Below are positions 17,719 to 24,099 of a DNA stretch of 32,000 nucleotides, in pieces. Numbering within the stretch: position 1 is the stretch's first letter; each line of letters opens with the position of its first letter. The translations under genes and the position numbers were made by a program. This DNA comes from Desulfobulbus propionicus DSM 2032. Its GTDB lineage: Bacteria; Desulfobacterota; Desulfobulbia; Desulfobulbales; Desulfobulbaceae. The stretch is taken from contig NC_014972.1 in assembly GCF_000186885.1 (NCBI RefSeq), positions 1,890,001 through 1,922,000 on the forward strand, read 5' to 3'. The notes below the pieces were generated by a model that was not told the origin of the DNA, searched no databases, and worked only from the letters and a program-made list of their open reading frames with translations.

Positions 17719-18324
17719 GTGAGTTTCATTAATCTCAGAGAAAAAATCGTTCAGGTCAAGATTGTCTACTATGGACCGGGTCGCGGGGGAAAAACAACCA
17801 ACCTTGAATACATCAACCGGAAATTCTCCAAGCAGATTCAGTCTGAAATGGTCAGTCTGAAAACTCATGGCGACCGAACCCTGTTTTTTGATTTCCTGCC
17901 GTTCAACATGGGGCAGATAAAAGGCTATGAATTGAAAATACAGCTCTATACGGTCCCTGGACAGGTCAAATACAATGCAACGAGAAAATTGGTGCTCAAA
18001 GGAGTTGACGGTATTGTATTCGTTGCCGACGCCCAAGAGCAGATGCGGGAAAAAAACATTCGGTCCCTTAATCAATTGCATGAAAATCTCATGAGCTACA
18101 AGGAATCCATTTTCAAGATTCCACTGGTGCTTCAGTACAACAAAGTCGATCTGCGCAATCAGGGGATTCCGATTCTGCCCACCGCCGTGCTGGACAAGGA
18201 TTTGAACAGCAAGTTGAAGGTGCCCACCTTTGAGGCCAGCGCGCTTACAGGGTACAACGTTCCGGAAACGTTAAAAAAAATCATCTCATCCACGGTTCTT
18301 TCCATCCAAAAGAAACTGATGTAG
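17719..18324 (+). CDS. MglA-family Ras-like small GTPase
   Basis: MSFINLREKIVQVKIVYYGPGRGGKTTNL...DRTLFFDFLP...LYTVPGQV...LKGVDGIVFVAD...QYNKVD...EASALTG reads roughly half identical to M. xanthus MglA by eye. The G1-G5 motifs are intact. The ORF track starts at GTG 17716. GTG 17719 gives the MglA-like MSFIN N-terminus and better spacing from TAGGAGA. Confidence 0.92.
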   Translation: MSFINLREKIVQVKIVYYGPGRGGKTTNLEYINRKFSKQIQSEMVSLKTHGDRTLFFDFLPFNMGQIKGYELKIQLYTVPGQVKYNATRKLVLKGVDGIVFVADAQEQMREKNIRSLNQLHENLMSYKESIFKIPLVLQYNKVDLRNQGIPILPTAVLDKDLNSKLKVPTFEASALTGYNVPETLKKIISSTVLSIQKKLM

Positions 18325-18360
18325 CAACCGTGATCAGGGAGTTAACAGCAGAGCCTGCAT

Positions 18361-21297
18361 ATGAAAAAATCGCAGCAACCCACCATCACCGCAACCGATG
18401 ATTTTGAGGATTTGACGCTTTTTGCCAACGAATCCTTCGACACCCAAGACGTTGACCTCTTTGAGTTCACCAGTGAAGAGTCGTCACCTTTAACCCGATT
18501 GAAATCCATCATTCTTTCGCTCGACTGGGAAATCAATGACGAAATTTTGCAGGAATTGGCCGATGAATTGGATAACTTGCAGTCCATGTGGCAGGGAGAT
18601 AAAGTCGCGGAAGTTTATTTGCAGGGACTGAGCAAGATAGGAAGTTACATTCGTACCAAAGGAGCCTATGCGCATCCCAATTCCATCAAATTACTCCTCA
18701 CTTTTTTCTATAATTTCGAGAAAATTATCTCTTCCGAACAGATAACCGGCGAACAAATCACCCAGTTGCTCAAGGGCGATATTCGCAAATTTAAAATCCT
18801 TCAGTATCAAATCAATCAAAGTGAAGACTCTTCGATTCCGCCCGTCGAAAGCACCTTTGAACCGAGTCCGCCCACGCCGGACATAACTGCTCCTTCCACC
18901 GAACCGAGTTCGGCAAAACAGCTGAAAGCCGCCATATTGAGCCTCGATTGGGAGGTGACGAACGACAGCCTTGCCCAGTTTCACACAACACTCGCCAGTT
19001 GTCATCAACTGATGGCCGACAACAAGCCGGCGCTCGTCTTACTCCAAGGGTTACAGGCATTGGGCGATTATATCGCCGAAGAGCGCGCGGACGCACACCC
19101 CGAAGCCTTCACCCTGCTGCATTCGTTCAATGAAGGCCTGGAGCAGGTGACCAGAACAGACGGCCAGCGTCTTGATCAGGCCAGCATTCAAGATCTTCTT
19201 GTTGACCGGGTCAATCGCCTGAACACGTTGAAGATGCTGATCACCGCACCGGTCGCTCCCCCGGTCGACGAGCATTTCATCGATGAAGTTGTCGAGGAAA
19301 TCAGCACCGCCGCTCATCAAGACGAGACGGCTTCCGAGCGCCCATCGTTGACCGTGGAAGCGTCTCCCGTTGATGCTCTGTCGCAGGAGGCATTGACGAT
19401 CGACCGCGATCTCCAGCTGCCGGGAGACGCGTCTGCGACCGATGATCTTGAGGCGGAAATCGATACGCTGTTTGCCCTCAACGCCACTCCGGCAATGGAA
19501 ACGGCTGATCTGCAATATCCCGATGAAATCCTGCCGCCGGAGGCCATTCATCCTGTCGACGATGAGCTGGCAGACGATTTCATCGAGGCCCACCTCAGCG
19601 CCAATCGTGGTCTGATGCCGGCCTTGTCCGACATCGACGGGCAGTCCGAGTATCCCCAGGAGAGGAGCGTGGGCGATTTGCCAATGGAAAGCGATCTCGC
19701 CGAACAACTGGATGTTCTCTTTGCCGAAACCGACGGCCAGGAATACGCTGAACCGGCTTCAAGCTCCGTACCTTTGGAAGACGGGGTCGCGGCCAGCGAG
19801 TTCAACGAGAACGAACCAATTGCCGCCCTTGCCGATATCGACATCGACGAACAAGCCCCCTTTGGCACCGCATTGCCGACAGAGGACCTCTTTGTCCTGG
19901 AAGCCGAGGAGAGTGATCACGATCAGCAGAGTCTCGACATCGAGGGCACACTGGACAAGTTCTTTGCCGAAGGAGAGGAAGAGCCTCAACTGTCGATGAT
20001 AGCGGATACCGTTGACGAAGAGTTCGGCCAGCCCCTCGCTTTCGAGGAGGAAGGCGGCCTGCACGCCGCCTTGACCGACATCCCAGCAAGGCAGGGGGCG
20101 GAACAGGAGGAACCTGTCCTGTCCTTCGAATTCGCGCCAGCCGACGAAATATCGTTCGATGAGCACCAGCCGATCGTGGCCCTTGCCGATGCTGAACCGC
20201 CTCCCGATCAGTTTGCCTTGGAAGCCTCGGGAGGTGAAGACGATCAAAACTCGTTAGACCTGCAAAACAAGCTGGACAGTTTCTTTGCCGATGTGGCCGA
20301 AGAGCCCGCCGAGACGGTGGCGGAGGAACCAGATGGGGAAGCAATCGAACAACTGACCCTTGCCGATCAGGAAATCAGCCCGTCCGCCTTGGCCGACATT
20401 CCGGAAGAACTCGGCTTCGAGGAAGAAGAAACGCCTCTAGAGGTGGTGCCAATCGCTGAAATTGAAGAAAAACTCGATTTCTTCTTTGGCACGGAGGCAG
20501 AGGAACCGGACGTCGAGGGGGAAACGTCTCTTGATGCAGCCCTTGCATCGATGGCCGAAACTGCGCCGGCGATTACCCCGGCGTTGCAAGAGATCGTCTC
20601 CTCGGCAGTTCCCGAGGAGGAAGAAGACGCCCTGGCCGCGATCGCGAACGTTGATCTGCCGGAAACCGAACTCGAAGAGGCCCTTGATTTGTTCTTTGAT
20701 GCGGAGCAAGAGGAAACAAAGAAAGAGCTCGAACCACTGGCGGCCGACGAATTGACCGAGGCCCTTGAGGCGGCAACCCTTGGCGATGGGGTGATCGGCA
20801 CGCTGGACGACGACAAGCAGATGCATCTGGCCGCGCTGGGGGCCTTGTTGCCCCTGGTGGTCCGCACGCCCTCCCGTGAAAAAATGGCTGAAGCCGCTGA
20901 GATGATCGCCACCCTTCATCAAGCGGGGCTGTCCAGTGAACAGACTGCCCTGCTCCGCTTGCTGGAATCGGTGGTCTCCATGCTGATGCGTCTTCCCGCC
21001 CACGACAACGCGGCAACCGAAAAGCTGGTCAATTATCTTTATGAACAGCTGCTTCGCCCTTCGTGTCCTCCCGACGTTCTGCCGAACGCGATCAACCGCT
21101 TTACCGGCTGGTTGCAGCAGGCAAGCAGTCTCATGCCGCTTGTTCCAGCGGTCACTGCCAGCGACGAGGGAAGCAAGGAACAGGAACCGTCATTCACCTA
21201 CACCGCCAAGGATCTGTATTTCGAACTTGCGGCGTTACGAGGGCAAATCAAGGAAGAGTTTGCCAACGTGCGGCATGCCTTGAAGCATCACCATTGA
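18361..21297 (+). CDS. 978-aa polyacidic multi-repeat protein of unknown family (candidate scaffold/effector of the MglA/MglB-like pair)
   Basis: A long uninterrupted ORF starts 36 nt after the GTPase gene and is closed by a strong terminator. Its internal protein-level repeats would not be maintained in a non-coding frame. I recognise no known domain. Confidence 0.85.
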   Translation: MKKSQQPTITATDDFEDLTLFANESFDTQDVDLFEFTSEESSPLTRLKSIILSLDWEINDEILQELADELDNLQSMWQGDKVAEVYLQGLSKIGSYIRTKGAYAHPNSIKLLLTFFYNFEKIISSEQITGEQITQLLKGDIRKFKILQYQINQSEDSSIPPVESTFEPSPPTPDITAPSTEPSSAKQLKAAILSLDWEVTNDSLAQFHTTLASCHQLMADNKPALVLLQGLQALGDYIAEERADAHPEAFTLLHSFNEGLEQVTRTDGQRLDQASIQDLLVDRVNRLNTLKMLITAPVAPPVDEHFIDEVVEEISTAAHQDETASERPSLTVEASPVDALSQEALTIDRDLQLPGDASATDDLEAEIDTLFALNATPAMETADLQYPDEILPPEAIHPVDDELADDFIEAHLSANRGLMPALSDIDGQSEYPQERSVGDLPMESDLAEQLDVLFAETDGQEYAEPASSSVPLEDGVAASEFNENEPIAALADIDIDEQAPFGTALPTEDLFVLEAEESDHDQQSLDIEGTLDKFFAEGEEEPQLSMIADTVDEEFGQPLAFEEEGGLHAALTDIPARQGAEQEEPVLSFEFAPADEISFDEHQPIVALADAEPPPDQFALEASGGEDDQNSLDLQNKLDSFFADVAEEPAETVAEEPDGEAIEQLTLADQEISPSALADIPEELGFEEEETPLEVVPIAEIEEKLDFFFGTEAEEPDVEGETSLDAALASMAETAPAITPALQEIVSSAVPEEEEDALAAIANVDLPETELEEALDLFFDAEQEETKKELEPLAADELTEALEAATLGDGVIGTLDDDKQMHLAALGALLPLVVRTPSREKMAEAAEMIATLHQAGLSSEQTALLRLLESVVSMLMRLPAHDNAATEKLVNYLYEQLLRPSCPPDVLPNAINRFTGWLQQASSLMPLVPAVTASDEGSKEQEPSFTYTAKDLYFELAALRGQIKEEFANVRHALKHHH
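18487..18810 (+). repeat. Helical domain copy A1 (aa 43-150 of the 978-aa protein)
   Basis: LTRLKSIILSLDWEINDEILQELADELDNLQSMWQGDKVAEVYLQGLSKIGSYIRTKGAYAHPNSIKLLLTFFYNFEKII... Confidence 0.8.
18910..19242 (+). repeat. Helical domain copy A2 (aa 184-294)
   Basis: AKQLKAAILSLDWEVTNDSLAQFHTTLASCHQLMADNKPALVLLQGLQALGDYIAEERADAHPEAFTLLHSFNEGLEQV... is colinear with A1. Shared elements: LK..ILSLDWE, LLQGL...G.YI, AHP, LL..F. Confidence 0.8.
19456..20703 (+). repeat. Array of six acidic L-D-x-[FL]-F-[AGD] motifs alternating with A-L-[AST]-D-I motifs in a polyanionic, probably disordered region
   Basis: EIDTLFA (19456-19476), QLDVLFAE (19705-19728), TLDKFFAE (19948-19971), KLDSFFAD (20269-20292), KLDFFFGT (20470-20493), ALDLFFDA (20680-20703). 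Interleaved with MPALSDIDG, PIAALADIDID, HAALTDIPA, PIVALADAEP, PSALADIPEE, DALAAIANVDLPE. Confidence 0.8.
20818..21060 (+). repeat. Probable third, diverged copy of the helical domain (aa 820-900)
   Basis: QMHLAALGALLPLVVRTPSREKMAEAAEMIATLHQAGLSSEQTALLRLLESVVSMLMRLPAHDNAATEKLVNYLYEQLL lines up with A2 at L.AA.L.L, HQ, ALL..L, AH and L..Y/F..L positions. The similarity is weak and was aligned by eye. Confidence 0.5.
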
Positions 21298-21318
21298 CGA
21301 CGTTCAAGCCGTTGCCTG

Positions 21319-21356
21319 AAAAAGGGAGCCGGAATCATCTCCGGTTCCCTTTTTTA
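21319..21356. terminator. Bidirectional rho-independent terminator between convergent operons
   Basis: GAAAAA-GGGAGCCGGA-atcatc-TCCGGTTCCC-TTTTTTATTTT: a 10-bp stem with one G-U pair, an A-run on one side and a T-run on the other. It overlaps the yejE-like stop codon. Confidence 0.75.
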
Positions 21357-22388
21357 TTTTCGGGGATCAAAGGTTTCCCGCAGGGCCTCGCCGATAAAGA
21401 TCAGCAGCACCAAGGTGCCGACCAGCACCACAAAGGTCGAAAGCGACAACCACCACGCATCGATATTGGCCTTGCCCTGGGCAAGCAATTCGCCGAGACT
21501 GGGCGTTGACGGCGGCACGCCAAGACCGAGAAAATCGAGGCTGGTCAGGGCGAGGATGGCACCGGACATGCGAAAGGGCAGGAAGGTGATCACCGGGGTC
21601 ATGCTGTTGGGCAGAAGATGACGGTTCATGATGGTGAAATTACCCACGCCCAAGGCCTTGGCCGCCTTGACATATTCCATGGACCGCCCCTTGAGGAACT
21701 CGGCGCGGACATAGTCCGACAACCCCATCCAGCCGAACATCGAGAGCAAGATCAGCAGCAGGAGCAGCGACGGCTTGAAGATCGAGGCAAAGATGATCAG
21801 CAGATAGAGTTCGGGCATGGAACCCCACAGCTCGATGAAGCGCTGGAAGAAGAGGTCGATCCGACCTCCGAAATATCCCTGCAGGGCACCAGCGGCGATG
21901 CCGAGCAGGGTGCCGACCGCGGTGAGCGCCGCACCAAACAGGATGCTTAGGCGAAATCCGTAGATCAACCGGGCGAGAACATCCCGGCCGCGATCGTCGG
22001 TGCCAAGAAAATTGTCCCGGCTTGGCGGTGCCGGAACCGGTCGATCCAGATCACGATTGATCGAATTGAAACTGTGCGGGTTGGGAGGAAAGACGACGAT
22101 GCTGCCCGCCGTGTGCAGCTGTTCGCGGATATAGGGGTCGCGGTAATCGGTTTCGGTTTCGAAGTCGCCGCCAAAGACTGTTTCCGGATATTGCTGCCAC
22201 AAAGGGAAATAGTGCTGTCCCTGATACTGGACATAGAGGGGCTTGTCATTGCTGAGTACCTCGGCAAACAGGCTGAGGCCGAATAAAAGGGTGAACAGCA
22301 CCAGCGAATAAAAGCCGCGCCGATTGGCTCTGAACCGTCGCCAACGCCTGTGGACCAGACTGTTCGTCTTGTATTGGTGGGTGCGCAT
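21354..22388 (-). CDS. yejE: ABC transporter permease, YejE-like (oligopeptide/microcin C type)
   Basis: 344 aa. RWRRFRANRRGFYSLVLFTLLFGLSLFAEVLSNDKPLYVQYQGQHYFPL...PPSRDNFLGTDDRGRDVLARLIYG...SLDFLGLGVPPSTPSLGELL is colinear with E. coli YejE. Confidence 0.88.
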   Translation of the reverse strand: MRTHQYKTNSLVHRRWRRFRANRRGFYSLVLFTLLFGLSLFAEVLSNDKPLYVQYQGQHYFPLWQQYPETVFGGDFETETDYRDPYIREQLHTAGSIVVFPPNPHSFNSINRDLDRPVPAPPSRDNFLGTDDRGRDVLARLIYGFRLSILFGAALTAVGTLLGIAAGALQGYFGGRIDLFFQRFIELWGSMPELYLLIIFASIFKPSLLLLLILLSMFGWMGLSDYVRAEFLKGRSMEYVKAAKALGVGNFTIMNRHLLPNSMTPVITFLPFRMSGAILALTSLDFLGLGVPPSTPSLGELLAQGKANIDAWWLSLSTFVVLVGTLVLLIFIGEALRETFDPRK

Positions 22389-22390
22389 GC

Positions 22391-23437
22391 CTACTGCCTG
22401 CCCTCAAAGCTGATACGCGGATCGACCAGCACATAGGAAAGATCGGACAGCAGGCGGGACACCAGGCCGATGATGGTGAAAAAATAGAGGGTGCCGAGCA
22501 CCACCGGATAATCGCGGTTCATGACCGATTCGTAGGCCAACAGTCCCATGCCGTCCAGGGAAAAGATGGTTTCGATCAGCAGGCTGCCGGTGAAAAAGGC
22601 GGTGATGAAGCTGCCGGGAAAACCGGTGATGATGGGGATGATGGCGTTGCGGAACACATGCTTGTACAGCACCTGCCGCTCTTCCAGTCCCTTGGCCCTG
22701 GCCGTGATCACGTATTGCTTGCGGATCTCCTCGAGAAAGGAATTCTTGGTCAGCAGGGTCATCACCGCCAGGCTGCCGACGGTTGAGGCGATGATCGGCA
22801 GAACCATGTGCCAGAGATAGTCGAGCACCTTGCCGGCCAGGCTGAGTTCCCGCCAGTGGTCGGAAACCAGGCCGCGCAGGGGGAAGATGTTCCAGAAGCT
22901 GCCGCCGCCGAAGAGCACGATCAGCACGATGCCCAGCACAAAGCCGGGAATGGCGTAGCCGATCAGGATGGCGGAACTGGTCACAATGTCGAACGTGGAG
23001 CCGTCGCGCACCGCCTTGGCGATACCCAGCGGAATGCACACCGAATAGACAATGAAAAAGCTCCACAGCCCCAGCGACATGGACACAGGCAGCTTAGAGA
23101 TCACCAGCTGGGCCACACTCATGTGGTGATAGTAGGAGTGACCGAAATCAAAGACCAGGTAGCGCCCCATCATATCAACAAACCGCTGCATGGGCGGCTT
23201 GTCGAATCCATAGAGCTTTTTCAGCTGCTCGATCCGTTCCTGATCCAGCCCCTTGTTGCCCTGATAGAGACCGGCGGCGGCCGCCGCTTCATGGCCCGTG
23301 CCGACACCGCTCAACTGGGCCATCATCCGCTCAACCGGTCCGCCGGGCACGAATTGGGTGACGATAAAGGTGATGAGCATCACGCCAACCAGCGTTGGCA
23401 CCATCAGCAGCAGTCTTTTGAGGATATAGACGGTCAT
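22391..23437 (-). CDS. yejB: ABC transporter permease, YejB-like
   Basis: 348 aa. ILKRLLLMVPTLVGVMLITFIVTQFVPGGPVE...LYGFDKP...RFVDMMGRYLVFDFG...TARAKGLEERQVLYKHVFRNA...LVDPRISFEGR is colinear with E. coli YejB. Confidence 0.88.
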   Translation of the reverse strand: MTVYILKRLLLMVPTLVGVMLITFIVTQFVPGGPVERMMAQLSGVGTGHEAAAAAGLYQGNKGLDQERIEQLKKLYGFDKPPMQRFVDMMGRYLVFDFGHSYYHHMSVAQLVISKLPVSMSLGLWSFFIVYSVCIPLGIAKAVRDGSTFDIVTSSAILIGYAIPGFVLGIVLIVLFGGGSFWNIFPLRGLVSDHWRELSLAGKVLDYLWHMVLPIIASTVGSLAVMTLLTKNSFLEEIRKQYVITARAKGLEERQVLYKHVFRNAIIPIITGFPGSFITAFFTGSLLIETIFSLDGMGLLAYESVMNRDYPVVLGTLYFFTIIGLVSRLLSDLSYVLVDPRISFEGRQ

Positions 23438-23499
23438 TGATCAGGATTGTTGTTCAGGGCGGTGAGCCAGGCAAAAAGGGGCATGGTAACACGTGCGGA

Positions 23500-23952
23500 T
23501 CAGGAAATTCTAATGCCGCCGATGAAATCGTGGTCGTCCTTTTCCATCACGCCCCTTCGCTGCCGTTCCGGCCCGCCACGGAGAGACTGCCGCTCTTCAA
23601 CCTGTACCTGGTCGGCGACCGCCGGTGTGCGCACGGGCATGGCCGGTCGGGGTTCCCTGCTGATCGGCGGGGCGATGGGCGGCAGCACCGGTTCGCTCGG
23701 ACGTGGTGGTTCCACCGCTGCCCGTTCCTTGGGCTCCCGTTCCCTGATCTTGCTGGTGACAGCCTCTTCCTGGGCCGGTCGTTTCAGAAAAGCCAGCAAG
23801 CCGTCCTGGAGCAGCGACACGTTCACCAGTTCCCAGGATTGACGCCCCATCTGGTTGAGGGTCTTTTCCATTTCCTCGTCGTCGACATATCGGTCACCCA
23901 ACAATCCATCCTTGGTGAACTCAAACAGTATGGTCCGGTATTGCCACAACAT
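23500..23952 (-). CDS. DUF4177-like small domain protein with a Pro-rich C-terminal extension (tentative)
   Basis: Start MLWQYRTILFEFTKDG...MEKTLNQMGRQSWELVNVSLL (23952), preceded by AAGGAGAGG. The M.-YK...G.-GWELV pattern matches DUF4177 as I recall it. The tail is PPRPSEPVLPPIAPPISREPRP... Confidence 0.65.
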   Translation of the reverse strand: MLWQYRTILFEFTKDGLLGDRYVDDEEMEKTLNQMGRQSWELVNVSLLQDGLLAFLKRPAQEEAVTSKIREREPKERAAVEPPRPSEPVLPPIAPPISREPRPAMPVRTPAVADQVQVEERQSLRGGPERQRRGVMEKDDHDFIGGIRIS

Positions 23953-24099
23953 CTTTTCCTCTCCTTGCCTTATCGTGTTCTCTGGAGCTTCAACGCGTCG
24001 CATCCGACCTTGGATGCGTGCTGTTCTTCGCATCCTTGGAAAGCCGCGTCCCGAAGACGCATCGTCCGGGTGGATAATCAGCGAATGTTAAGCCGTTTT

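Noticed and set aside
16975-21356. The AT-rich cassette as a mobile element, prophage remnant or defence island
   Set aside because: There is no integrase, transposase or recombinase, no flanking direct or inverted repeats, and no adjacent tRNA (tRNA-Pro is 14 kb away). The low-GC block ends inside a gene rather than at an intergenic junction. It is kept only as a compositional observation.
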